DNA of 64,000 bases, from the NCBI GenBank assembly GCA_002633005.1, contig NMRA01000008.1:626985-690984 (forward strand). The letters run 5' to 3'. The notes under the pieces are model-generated. The model searched no databases and was not told the DNA's origin. It saw only the letters and a program-made list of their open reading frames with translations. The position numbers were made by a program, and so were the translations under genes. Source of the DNA: Phoronis australis. Taxonomy: Eukaryota > Animalia > Phoronida. Positions 1 to 13,133 of the stretch are shown piece by piece (position 1 is the stretch's first letter; each line of letters opens with the position of its first letter).

Positions 1-1651
1 CAATATTTACGGTCTATAGAAGAATAACTCATAAGCAACGGTGCCTTGTCGCATTCCAGATTCCTTTCAAACTTTCGTGTACAAATATTTAAAGTGATCC
101 TAATCAAACCGTAATTTTAAACACCGATTTTCTTTAATTATCGCTTGATTGTATACTGATTGTGCTATTATGCCAAACATTTTCATCTGACTGATAATAT
201 CAAATGCATTATACTAATCAACAAAAAGCAAAGTATGGATTCTGTCGTGAAAGGTACCAAGGTTTATTCAACAATGTTCAGTGTGTTCATGTTTTGTTAT
301 TATCCCAACTTCAATTCTGAACGTGTATTGTGAATTATAATTAACATGAAGTCGCTCGTAACTATTTGCCCAGTAACAGGTTATTTGAAAGATGATAACG
401 ATTTCTAATCACGCCATTTTCATGCTTCATTGAACAATTCAAGAGCAATTGAATAATTGGTGACCAAACGAACAAAGGGATTAGGGATCAGTAATGAAAA
501 AAACAAAGAAACAAATATCATTTCCACGATAACATTTTAATTAGGGTGTTGACGTATTTTAAACAAATCTATATAAAATAAGCTAACATTATTCCTGTTT
601 TCATCGTTGTGCGATAAAAATCAAACCACGAGAATATGTGTAACTGTCTCGATGTTTTAGTATGCTTTGACAGGACACTGTCTTCAATTGTTGAGATATG
701 ATTGCGAAAAGCAAGCGAATACTTAGCCATATTTTTTCTGTAAGCTATAGGGCTGATTGCCTAAGTCATGGGGAAATAAACATTCGACCAGGTGGATGTG
801 CGTGCAAATGCTCTTTGATCCCAGCCTCGCTATTTGTTGCTTTACAATGGCTCCTGAGGTAAATAGCTCGACACTATCTGCACGTGTTTAATTTGTGGAA
901 ATAGTCGCGCGTATTCAATCCAAAAAAGGAATATCTTGTACATTATCAAATCTGGAACATATAGCGAAGACTGAGTTTATCGACGTATTCATATCGAGTT
1001 TTTCGTTGCTCCTAGTTGTCTTCAAATTGCCATGCGCGTCTATGAAGCCATTAGCTAAATATCGAAGGATAGCTTCCTGCGAAACATTTTTAGATAAATA
1101 TTATGTCTATTGTGCCAGCTACAAACAAAAAGACGGTGCACGTTGATTATTTCCGTTGATAACTATTACCACGCTGAATTAATCAATATCAAGAGCTTTA
1201 AATTACAATAATTTGCATTTTATTTGTCACCACTTGCAGATATTTCCAATGAGATAACAGGCTTGAAATCATGAATTTGGGTACTACTTATAACAACTAG
1301 AACGAACACGTTGTGGATTTGTTAAAATATTTCAAACATTGAAAACTGTAGTCGACTATTGACAGTATTTTACTCTAAGCATAACAACTGTTCAAAAACC
1401 CGTAGTTAGTATGTGTCACTGATTTACTGAACTAGACGCAGCAGCAATCGTGCTCGAGTTGGCAACACGCACCATCGGTCACTTTTTGACAACCCCCTCC
1501 CCCGTGGTCTACTTTCCACAAACAAAGGTCTCATAGATCGAGGTTTGCACGAGGAAAAAAGCGCAGCTGTTACGTGAAAACGTAGCATTTTAGGTGACTC
1601 TTAAATACATTTTGACATTTATTATATTGCGGCTAATCGTGAGGTATACTT

Positions 1652-1705
1652 TTGTGTGCGTGTGTGTGTGCGCGTGTGTGTGCGTGTGTGTGTGTGTGCG
1701 GGTGT
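1652..1705. repeat. (GT)n microsatellite, interrupted
   Basis: TGTGTGCGTGTGTGTGCGCGTGTGTG... seen directly. Confidence 0.95.
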
Positions 1706-2579
1706 TTATAAGGGGTGGAAGCGGGGGGGGCTCAAGATACTTTAGATCCCACTGATATTCCATAATTTTATACTCAAAAGTCGAGACAGCTGACACTGAG
1801 AAACATAATGATACCTCATATGACTGCATGGTTGAAGTTTCCTTTAGTTTATTAGTATACACGGGCAAATTTGTCAGTAGGAAGCGCCACCACTATGTTA
1901 GTGATGTACCTTGAAAATTAACCCGGCACAATGCAGGAGACGTGGTAGAAAACGACTATGTCTTTTAGCGATAGGATCAGGCTAACCTGCCAGCGTTTAG
2001 CATGTCCACATCGGCCTTCTGCTCAATACTCGCTTCAGTAATAAAGTTTAATTTTTGACAAACAACACTACACTATTTCACTTTAAAATACTCTGTCATT
2101 TGTGTGAGATGAAATTGAATATAAACATTTTCCTAAACGCGCACCACCGATTAACAATTCTATCGATTCACTCCAACAAACGAGGAAATGGTCGACAAAC
2201 CAATTGTTAGGTTAGGAAAGCACCGTCTAATGGGCCCTAATGAGTTTGCAGTCATGATCTTTACTCGTTCAAACACAACTTCAGCCGTAGACAAAACGAG
2301 TTATCTATTCAAGTCTTCATCCAAAACTTTCACGAATGAAACCTGTCAATTTTGCATTTTTGCCATGTTTTGAGAGCCTAACTTTCTTTTCAAGGGAAGG
2401 TATAAAGACTGTATTACTATAGTCCTGATCCGCAGACCTAGTGTTTTAGAGGTGACATGGTACATAACTGTTCATTTCATATAGTTTTAGAAAGAGTGGG
2501 CAAATATTGTGGGGGGATCTGTGACGTGTGAGACTCACCGAGGACTGTATGGTGCCCTCAATGTGAAACCCGGCGTGCG

Positions 2580-2716
2580 TTCAGTAGACGCTAAGACCTT
2601 CACTAGGACCTAGCTAAAACCTAGTCAAAGTCACGTGTTCTCATTTAAAATGCATGGCAATATCTCACGTAATCTCGCGAAGTCTTGCTTTTTAGCGAGG
2701 TCCTAGCGTTACTGAA
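2580..2716. mobile_element. MITE family A, copy 1
   Basis: Ends TTCAGTA.ACGCTA.GACCT / AGGTCCTAGCGTTACTGAA. The core GTTCTCATTTAAAATRCAYGGCAATATCTCACGTAATCTCGCGAAGTCTTGC is shared with 4 other copies in the window. Confidence 0.75.
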
Positions 2717-3307
2717 AGGGAGGCCGGTGTCACAATGTAATAGGCATTACTGGTCCGTAACACCCTCTGACAATATTTTGCTTATCCTTGTTAATTTGTC
2801 TTTTTATTTCGGGACATTAAAAGAATTGGAACAGCCAATCATATCCTCCGGAACTAGAACATTGACTGCATGCGGCGCTGCAGCCATGCCACCTGGATGG
2901 TGAGTGCCTGTCGAATGTTCTGATTCAATTTTGCTAAGGTTTCAAAAACCGAGTAGTGAAATAAGGCAAATTATTACTCTCTGTTTTCTATGGTTATACA
3001 GTGGTCAATACAGTGGTCAATACAAAATGTTTTATTTTTGGCTTAATGAACCGCTCCATTGTATCGTTCATTGAAGTTCTCCATTTCCGACCCGTGCTGA
3101 TATATTGTTCAATATATATAATTCTAAACAAGCGAATCACCGGTGTTGTTCTTGATGAAGAAATGTGGTTCGTGAGCATGGAACAATGATATTCTCAAAT
3201 GAGTATTAATTGTGCAGTGATTCGCCGAGAACTCCGAACTGGATACACCAGCATTTATTTGATTGACTTCGCCGGCTCCACCCGGTCAACCGGCTAAGAA
3301 AATTGGG

Positions 3308-3647
3308 TTCAGTAACCCCTAGGACCTCGCTAAAACGCAAGACTTAGCGAGATTACGTGAGATATTGCCGTGTATTTTAAATGAGAACGCGTGCTTTTGA
3401 CTAGATTTTCTAGCCGCGAGACAGCTGCTGAACTTTACCCAGGCTGACTGATTCTCGATGACGACTTCCGGCTAACAAACAAATCAGATGTGAAGAGCAG
3501 CCCATAGTTCAGTAACGCTAGGTCCTACGCTAGGACCTCGCAAAAAGGTAAGACTTCGAGAGATTACATGAGATATTTTTAAATGAGAACACGTAATTTT
3601 CAATTAGCCAGATTTTCCTAGTCGCGAGACAGCTCTTGAACTTTACA
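3308..3647. mobile_element. MITE family A, copies 2 and 3 (tandem, inverted relative to copy 1)
   Basis: TTCAGTAAC.CTAGG...ACCTCGC...GAGATTACRTGAGATATT...TTTTAAATGAGAAC...GCGAGACAGCT..TGAACTTTAC at 3308-3438 and 3508-3647. Confidence 0.75.
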
Positions 3648-3727
3648 CAGAATATCTTGCTCAATGTCAACGCTCTAATTTGTATTCTGTTGAAACCAAT
3701 CCCCTGCCCCCCTCGCTAGGTCCATGG

Positions 3728-4237
3728 TAGCCAGCACGCAGGTATCACTCAATTTGACTCGGGAAATTTTTTACACCGGCGTTTGTGATTGGGTGGTCGA
3801 ATTTTCAACAGACAGCGCTTTACGCAAACAAACGGGCATGTCTGATGGACTGAAGTATAAATGTAGTCTGTTGTACAGTGCTTAGAATTTATGTTCAGGA
3901 AATGTGAATCGCAGAAATTAAGGTTGCGGGCCTTTTCGAAGTGCATCTTTCAACTGTCGATGACTTTTGTTTACGATACTGTCCTGTATTCATACAGTAT
4001 AAATAACACACCGGTTAAATCGGACAGATATGTGTTTATTGTACAGTATGTACTTCAAGCACGCGGGTATTAAACATTACTGCACAGACGAAATAGTTGC
4101 TGCTACGCCACTTGCATGAAAAGGCTAAAAATCGTTCATAGTCCGCCATTTTTTCAGGTTGTTATAACAATGACTGCTGAGGTTACATCAACCAATGCTA
4201 AAGCGCGTGCTACTGCGTGATACCTGCGTGGTGGCTA
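3728..4237. mobile_element. TIR element (MITE)
   Basis: TAGCCAGCACGCAGGTATCAC (3728-48) and GTGATACCTGCGTGGTGGCTA (4217-37) form a 20/21 inverted match. A further inverted pair CTCGCT...AGCGAG lies just outside. Confidence 0.7.
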
Positions 4238-6664
4238 GTCACGTAGGGAGCCAGCGAGCTATCCCCCATGTGTCTGGAGCCTCGTCATGGAGTTTTCCTG
4301 CTGGTAACATGCTATTCATGGAGTGAGGGCGAGACTGAAAGGCAGTGTCTTCCATCTCCTGAACTTCAACGAACGCCCCGTTAATCTCGCTCATTAACAC
4401 CTTTTTGTAGACTTTACCGTGCGGGTGCCTTGAATTCGTGACTTACGTGGCAAACAAGGATTTACGATTTTCTCCACATACAATGTAGCGCGCTATTTTA
4501 CTTAAATAATTTGATGTTGAAGTCCATGCTGGCATTTTATGCCTTGTAGACGATGTCGCAAAATCATATTTTCATTTGCGTTACTATTTGTAGTACACGT
4601 GGTAATTGATCAATTTTATTTCCCAGCACACCTGTATTGTTTTAATTTATGGTCGTGCACTACTAAGCCAGTTCTTATTAGTCACAACATCAAGGCCGTG
4701 CACAGACTGGCTATCAAAATATATTAGTAGGTACTCAGACGTTGTACTTAGAAGGTGACTAAACATGGGGTACTATAGGGGCAATTAATTAGGGTGTAAT
4801 TGAATTTTTAATGCATTAAATTAGCCATCAGATTGTGTTTTCGTTATCGATTTCTCCTACCGTCATATACCTTAGAATAATATAAATGTCGTTACATGTG
4901 CGACTGAAGACTGGAAATAAAACGATTTTATAAAGGTTAATAAGCTAACTAGACAGGCAGTTTAGATGTTCTTCAGGCACATGTGTCAAATCAATTGTTT
5001 ATGTAGGAGCTTATCTGTAGATTTAGCTAAATATCTACATTGAACTCAGCAAAAGTATATATTTTCTGGAAGTAGAAAACCATAGAATTTGATTTTTGAC
5101 TGTATACCGATATGTCTAGAATTAGGTCACGCGACCTTGTTTTTGTATGAAACATATACAAAGAAGGAACATTCATGGCGAAACAACATGATCAACATCA
5201 TGACCAACTTTCGTATGATAAAAATGTTCAAGATAAAATCTCAAAAACTCTGTGTTTCAGTTTTCTAAATTATCGTTTCGCTTTCGTTTATGCAAGTTTA
5301 ATTACTTGCTCAGAAACATGAAAGTCCTATTTTTGATGGCCCTCGTGCAAAAGTAGAACATTTTAAAAACAACCCCTATAGGACTTTTAAAGAACAGTGT
5401 ATAAAACACATTCTCTGAAAGTTTGGTGCGAGTCCAATCGGCCATTTCTGAGATACGATTCTGCGAAGTTTGCCAAAGTTGGACGGTTATTTTTGTAGGG
5501 TTCTACGTAACCGTGACAATTTTCAAGTTGATCATGAACGTTACTGGACAATGCAAGAGGTGTGAAAGAGTGGGCCACGTCAGTTAATGATGTACATAAA
5601 AAAGTAAAGTCAATTTATTAATGCATAGACTCGAGTTTCTGGAAGGCAATAAATAATTAATCTTGCATGTAGTGCGCGTGCGTCTGTTTAGTTTAAGTCA
5701 TATTGAACGCTTCATCTGCGGGTCAAAAACCACCAACTTCGGATAAGACGCGATTTAATCAAAAAATTCGACACTCGCCATTGTCCGCAGCTGGAAGTCC
5801 CAAGGTAACAATCTATTACCAGACAGCCCTCAACATAGCTTCACAGATACACTTCGCCGTGTTCAGCTGGCTAAAAAACGAAAATCGAATTAGGCCTTTT
5901 ACTGCCATAAGATCGATTTCATAATATCCTTTACCCTATTAAGATTTTATTTCCGTTAACAACAAGAACATCGAAGCCATCATCTACTAATCCTAAAATT
6001 TCAAATTCGAAAATGGCACATTGACTTTGACTTGAGTTGATAACGGAAATAAATAAACAATATCATGGTAAGAAATATGAGGAGAATGATTTTATAAGAG
6101 GAAAGGTCTATTCGATTTTCGTTTTTAGACCGCTGAACAGGGCGAAATGCAACTTTAAGGGTATTTTTGAACGCCGTTTAGGTAATATGATCGTTACCTA
6201 AACACGGAGAAATTCATTAGCCATGATGGGACTAAAACAATGACCTTAAACCATTTTAAATAGCTCTTTATATCTTTGTCGACCATAAACCAACAATATC
6301 TTACATCGCCAAAATACGTGTATACAATCTGTGTTATTTACAGTTGAACGGATTTGCGTGTAGATTTAATCTTTCGACAACGCTTCAGGCTTGCTGAATA
6401 GAAAAAATATATACTATATACATCAACTTAACATTAAAAACTGACTTTCAACCTTAACCGACAACAACAATAATAAAAGTCCTACGAATCTTGCTGTTTC
6501 GTCGACCCTTGACCTGGAGTCTCGGGAACATGGACTAAAACGAGATTCTAAGACTGTTAACGGGGCACCTGGGTACTTTGAAATTAACACGTCCAGCAAA
6601 GCACGTAAAGTCAAACTTTTCACATTCAGGAATGGAGGACAAAACACTGCCAGTGATGGAGGGC

Positions 6665-6898
6665 TCATGACGATAATTCTTCAGGAGACGATAAACCAAT
6701 CTCTTGCTTCCATTTTGTTACATGTCGTGGTTCACTGAGCCCATCGCCTGCTTGGTCACGTGACTCCTCAACCTCCAAATTGTCGTCTTCTGCTTCGGAA
6801 TCAGATTCATGCACAGACATACTGTCTATGGTTTCACCGTTCTCCTCGGCTTTCAGACGTTTGTATTTTGTGCGGCGATTTTGGAACCAAACTTTCAC
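6665..6898 (-). CDS. Emx: Emx coding exon 3 (helix 3 and acidic C-terminus, stop)
   Basis: Acceptor TATTTCCAG|GTG. Encodes VKVWFQNRRTKYKRLKAEE...EELSS then TGA at 6667-6665. Exons of 448+167+234 nt give 282 aa plus stop. Confidence 0.96.
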   Translation of the reverse strand: MKVWFQNRRTKYKRLKAEENGETIDSMSVHESDSEAEDDNLEVEESRDQAGDGLSEPRHVTKWKQEIGLSSPEELSS

Positions 6899-9771
6899 CT
6901 GGAAATACATGTTACAACTTCATTTCTCAGTAAGGACCCACGAAAGTAAATGAATCATATTGAATCCATTTTAGGAAAATTGCGAATCCTTTTTTCACTA
7001 ACAGATAAAGTTACGCATTTTAAAAACAGTTGTAGAGCATTGCCATTCATCCAGGTGGAGAATTTGATGCGCAAATTACAAATCAAAACAGTTCTGGAAC
7101 CTCCATAATACTATTGCAACAGCGAAAGAGTTCAAAGATTTTTTTTATTTGTAACTTGTTCATCAATTACGTATTGATCATTGAACATTGAACATTGAAC
7201 ATTACGCCTTTAAATCAATACAACCATGTAAATTACATTAATTAACTCACGCATTTAATTCAAGTACGTCACAATTTATACAAAATAATATTTACAATAC
7301 TAAGTGGTCCCGATTATTAAGCAACATCGACACGATTAGCAGTCCATTGGGAACTCGTGCCTTATTTAAACCTTTAATTAACTTAGATTTATTCAGTATC
7401 TAAATATTTACACTGATCGCGATCTAGGTTTGTGAACTAACAATTCGATATTGTACTGTAAACGATTAAACTCGACTTATTGACTTAACATATTTAAGTA
7501 CTAATTAGCGCGTGATTTCGTATTCAATATTTGTGCGATATTTGATATCCCGGAAGCAAAACCATTTAGCTCCCGCGTCTCGGCTGAAATGTTTGTAATT
7601 TTAATTGTGCGCCAGAGAACGCCATGTGAGGGAAAACGGATCTGACACTAAAGATGCGAATGACACCGCGCCTGTAACAATCGTAATATTTCTCTGTATT
7701 AATAGTTGTTCTTGATTACGCAACAACGATACACTGCGTGATTATAAGCTAGTACGTTGATTTATGTCTGAGCTGAATGGACCGCCATCTTGGTATGTTA
7801 CGCACTCCGAACACAAAGATACCACCATATAGCTTATTACTTGTATCCATTAATCGCACGTAGAATATTATTCGTATTTAGATGATACATAGTGTTAGAG
7901 TGATCCGACTCCGTAATAATTTATACAGTGATAGAGGAAGAACTCACAAGGACCGCATAATGACAAATAAGGCCAGTGAAATGACAGCACAGCTTGAAAA
8001 ATGTTGACGTCCACAGACTGCTGTGGTAATTATCAAGAAATGTCATCTGAGCATCAGTGAACCACCGATATGAGCGTCGGTGTGGCAAAATGTTTTGTCC
8101 GAACTCGCTGGAAACTCGGACAGGGTTGTGTTTGGTAAGGCAACAGTCTTGAGAGATTGCAGTAATCACGCAAGTCAGATATCGCCACGCATTACAAGCA
8201 AAGCGCGTGTTTGCACGAGCGTTCACTCCCTGGCAGGGCACAGCAGTAAAGCCTGAGATTGTTTCTCACGGACAGTGACGTGTAACTGTCTATTGAGTTG
8301 TTCCGCTGGTGTTATAATCGAACCATTGACGGTCTTTTGTCACGTTTATCAGGGGCTTTCAAGGAGCTTGTAAGTTTTCCCACTTATCGCCTAAGCACAA
8401 CAATGCTAGGTTATTGGACTATCCCTAACAGTAGTTGGCAGGCTTCGAGCTCTTAATGGAATTAGACCGGATTAAAACGGCTTAAACAGGGTATTAGGGC
8501 AATCCCAGCGACACTAATTGAGGGTAAATGAAGATATTCCTTTCAGTGGCAAATGACTTAAAGTAAACTTTGTCCCTCGACTATTTAACGTAGCAGCACC
8601 TGTTAAACTGAGTCTATTGTGTGACAAAATGCGATACTTTATGAAATGACCAAATATTGAAATTTGGTGAAAGGGAAATGTTTAAGATTAAATAGTATAA
8701 TTTGGGTAAGGTCTCTATCGTGTAAACTTCACCTTGATCAAACTTGATATCCGCGCATTGGCATTAAAGTGACCACATTTACGGATAACACTTGAAGGGG
8801 TGCTTGAGAAACCTTGTTTTATACTATGATGACATCAGCCACGGAAACCTGCTTGCATTGTTAGTTCGAATATTGTTTATTAATATATAGCGTGACAAGA
8901 AAATAACGTGTTTCATATAACAGTCTGTTTGTTACAGTAATATTTATTTTTCGAAATGATCTTTTAATCGGATGTGGTGAGTACAATCGTCACGCAACCA
9001 TATATCACAGTACTGTACCAAAATCAAGACTGCAAAAATAGGATTAGATACAAGACCACAGTGAGGATATACGTATGTTGTCGACTCGTTCATTTTCCAG
9101 GTTAATGCCCCGGTCAGCTTTCGACTTTAATAGTAGGTCTATAGGGGACTAGGTCTTAATTGTTGGCAGATTTGGTTATTAAATCTAAGCCCCGATATAG
9201 TTTACAAACCCTAGCCACAATAAACTTGAGAGTAATCAAGGAAGTCTCATGGCTTCAAAAAGTATGTACAGTTACAATTGTTCACTTGTTTAGCACACAA
9301 CATGGTCCACAAGAGATTTTCTACTTTGTTAAATTTCTCCACAAAATAAAGATTATAATATGAACATTTTAGTCCATTACAAGCATAGTGTATAAATGGC
9401 AAAAAAAAAACATTTACTGAAACTCCAGTTATTTGTAAAAACGTAATCAGCCTTTAAAAGCGAAAATTGATCATTTTGGCAATTATTTTTGTACGAAATA
9501 AGTAAAGAATTACCGTAGATTTTATTTTTATCGATGATGCCAACCTGCGTAGACGTGAGGATGCTAGTGGTAACACGTTGTGTGGTAGTTGTGTTAGAAC
9601 ACTGATTTATTTTAGAAAGTTGTCTCGTGTTGATTTAATTTTGCCTTCTCCAAGGCACAATCGCGTCTCCAAATTCCAGTGACAATCTCCTAACTTTCAG
9701 TCCGAGAACAACAGACACCAATCCTGCTGTACAAGTCCCAGCCTCCGAAAAATGCTCCATAAGGCGATAGT

Positions 9772-9868
9772 GACCAACCTCCAGTCCCAGGGCCAGATTC
9801 CGTGGTCACATGGACTAAAGGTGCTGCCATGATGGAATCTGGTGCCCACTGGGGACTGGGTCTTGGTC
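9772..9868. repeat. Imperfect GC-rich hairpin in Emx intron 2
   Basis: GACCAA..CCAGTCCCAG..CCAGATTCC / GGAATCTGG..CTGGGGACTGG..TTGGTC; probably an old MITE. Confidence 0.55.
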
Positions 9869-10174
9869 TTTAGCGGGTGTAGAGTTTAGTGTGCGGGTCA
9901 GGAGATTTGTGCCGCGTGTTCGGTGTCAGCTGTTCCGTTTCTGGAGTTTAGGAGATCGCAGCTAAAATTTAGAAGTGCGGTCATTAAATTGTTCCCATCC
10001 CTGGTCTTCAGAAAAAAGCAACCAAATTCTCCTTTACGACCGTCATCCTCGGTCGGTATTGAATGTGTATTAGGTGCAATAAACGGCATCAAGCTTGCTT
10101 CATCTTAGCGTCAAGTTACAGAGCTTTGGACCCTCGAAAACGCATGCAATAAAATTTTAAAATTCAAAACTAAC

Positions 10175-10341
10175 CTGGGTTTCTGTCAGTGATAAACTGG
10201 CTGCCAGATCTTTTCTCTCCTGCCCAACAACGTAATGGTTCTTTTCGAAGGCATGTTCCAACCGGAGTAGTTGTGAAGGAGAGAAAGCTGTCCGAATTCT
10301 TTTTGGTTTTCTGAATGGTTGCAGTAACAGGTGCTCTGGTC
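10175..10341 (-). CDS. Emx: Emx coding exon 2 (homeodomain N-terminal arm, helices 1-2)
   Basis: Acceptor TAATTTCAG|GA in phase 1. Encodes [56 protein letters not shown], diagnostic of the EMX homeodomain. Donor CAG|GTTAGT, phase 0, at the common homeobox intron position (Q|V). Confidence 0.97.
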
Positions 10342-12841
10342 CTGAAATTAAAAAGGTGCTTGATAGAATGTAGAAATAAACAAATAACAATTTAAACGTG
10401 TTCGCACCGACTTCGTTATCATAATCACATAATTATCATAATGTTACGTTATGAGTATTGCTATTTTTACTATGAGTATTTTAGTTATAATATGTTACAA
10501 TGGCTAACACAGGGTTATAAATAAACACGAGAGAACCTGTTGCACACAAATGGATGCTTCTTTGTCTAGTTAATGGGCAATGCATTGGACGAATAGTTTG
10601 TCATTAATTGACAATCACCCACAAGCTCTCTGCTTCTGCCGCTACTGGTTAGAAAATAACACAAAGCCCGCATAGAAAATAGAACGCACAGGTGAAAAAA
10701 CACAATATTGCTATAATGTTCCATTTAATTTTATCATTAGCTTGATATCAAGTTTATACCAAAGTAATCATCGAGAAGTCACGCCGCCAGCATTTGTGTA
10801 AGAGCAATAATTTATTACTTGTTTTTAAGAATTGCATATAATGAACGCGCGGATCATGAGGTTTTAGCAAAAATTAAATACCTGCACACTTCACTTAGTC
10901 AAGGTAAAATAATTCACGTAGTTCTTTTCTAGCTTCAGTTCAGTTAAAAACTTCATGATACGAATTTCAAGTGAAACATTTACCAAACTGATGCTGACGT
11001 CAACAAATATACATCAACTCGCAAATGCATTTAAACATAAGAATTAAAAATTAATTTTTGATTTCGTTCCGGTAGTACGCTACAGTCGCAACGCCCTCTA
11101 ACTTTGTTTTGTTATGAGCTGAAAACTTAGCAAAATACGAGGGCAGTGTTTTTTAGTGAATACTTTGATTTATAGAATTCATTCTGTATTTATTCTAAGT
11201 GACACTAAGAAATGACAACCCAACAGTAAGTCAACCACCGAATCCACTGCACTAAAAGGCGATAAACGTCGAAATTTCATTGCTCACATTGTCGTAACTG
11301 CGTTCCCTCACTGCCAAAAACAAACAATGGATTAAGCCAGTTGCACCCACAAAATCGGACTCTTGGTATTCATGAACGCGACACGGTTCTATTCCCGTAC
11401 CAGCAAGAACAACAAAATCATCCGTGACTCAACTGCTCAGAATTTATTGAAATTACCGAATATTGAAATTGTGTAATCGAAAATGGCGCATGTATGTATT
11501 GACTCTGACTTGAATCGCCGGCTCAGTCGGAAACAATTATTAGAGATCAGATGAGAGTGGTTATGTATATAGCCCCAAAGAGCTTTGTTTAAACATTCAA
11601 CATTGACATCTAAACAACGGTGAAATGACCCCTAACACATATGAACCGCATTCACTACTACAGTGGAAATATTAAACGCATTCGAAATAGGGTCAAGTTT
11701 TTTTGAGTCCAACATTACGATTGACTTTCATGTAGACAAAAATGTTACCTTCACGGGTTAAGAAAGGAAGTATCACCAGTAAAATCCAAATACCAAACAA
11801 ACCATATAGCACGTCTCACACAAAATCAAAACGAATGAACCCGACATTTGTTGGCAAGGCATACTTAAAATACATCAGTCTTTATTATTACGAAATAAAC
11901 TCCAGTGACGTCAACCCGTTATTTGCGCATATTAACGCGCATTTAAAGTCTATTCTTACCCACATATCACCGCCGCACTTCTGACAGATGAGTTTAGACA
12001 ATTAAAACATTATATATCACATCTAAGAACCGATATGGTTCCTAGATCTGATGCAACAAGTTTCTGCCTTTGTCACAACTTGACACTTGAGGTCGCTAAT
12101 GCTTGAGACCATAGCGTTCTGTTTCATGAAAAGAAACTTTTTGAAATATAAACCAGAAATTTGATCTCAGGCTCCACATAACTATTTCTAAAAAATAATT
12201 AAATCTCACTTGAAGAAGTCTCTTATAATTTACACTTTACAGCTGGTTACTGAGAAAAATTCTTTAAATTATTTATAGACTGATAAAAACTGACCATGTG
12301 GTAAATAAACATTACAGCTTTTAAGCAATAAGTGATGTATCTCACTAGTTTTATTCTAAATGAACATTTTCACACGTAAAATAGAATGAGTACATATTCA
12401 GTCAGACACTAGTTATAAATATCCGCTTTTATATCACTCTTTATGAAGAATCTGGCACCCTAAGTTATGTCGTCTCTTCACTCAACAGAGCACGTTATGG
12501 TGGTCTTGTATCGATCATATCTTCCCGGCACCATTTATCGGTGGCCATTACTGTTGTCGTCATCATCGTCATCATCAGTGCCATCGTCATCACTGCGGTC
12601 GTCTTCATTTCTATCAAGGTCATTAGCTTTTAGCCGTTTGCCCGTTAAGTGTCAAGTTACAGGATTTTTTGTCACAAAATTTATTTAGAATGAAACTTCA
12701 GTCTTGAAAGGTTCCCAGCACAAACGTGTGCATAAATATGACCATCGGCGATTTAATTCAAAATTTGTATATAGTCAATAGATTTGAAATTAAAACACGT
12801 GTCCTGAAAGCCCAGTTTTAATCGATCACGTGACCACGCCA

Positions 12842-13133
12842 CAACAGCTTATTATTTAAAATGACTTATTCTTATTAAAATGACATAGGCAAAAAATTGA
12901 ATTTTGGACCTCAAAAGCGAGGCCCCCTATATTAATATAGGGGGCCTCGCTGAAGGGAGGCCGGAGAGCGGGGCCNGGGCCCCCTATATTAATATAGGGG
13001 GCCCCGCTCTCCGGCCTCCTTTCGGCGAGGCCCCCTATATTAATATAGGGGACCTCGCTTTTGAGGTCCGAAATTCAATTTTTTGCTTATGTCATTTTAA
13101 TAAGAATAAGTCATTTTAAATAATAAGCTGTTG
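12842..13133. mobile_element. Foldback MITE that is almost entirely palindromic, with three internal CCCCCTATATTAATATAGGGG(G) palindromes (Emx intron 1)
   Basis: CAACAGCTTATTATTTAAAATGAC...GTCATTTTAAATAATAAGCTGTTG. Flanks CCACGCCA and CCACGCTT (6/8 match, possible decayed 8-bp TSD). One N at 12977. Confidence 0.8.

Noticed and set aside
12535-12630. Asp-rich frame (DRSDDDGTDDDDDD) in Emx intron 1 as a cryptic exon
   Set aside because: Bounded by stops and lacking a convincing acceptor; better explained as a decayed (GAT/GAC)n microsatellite.
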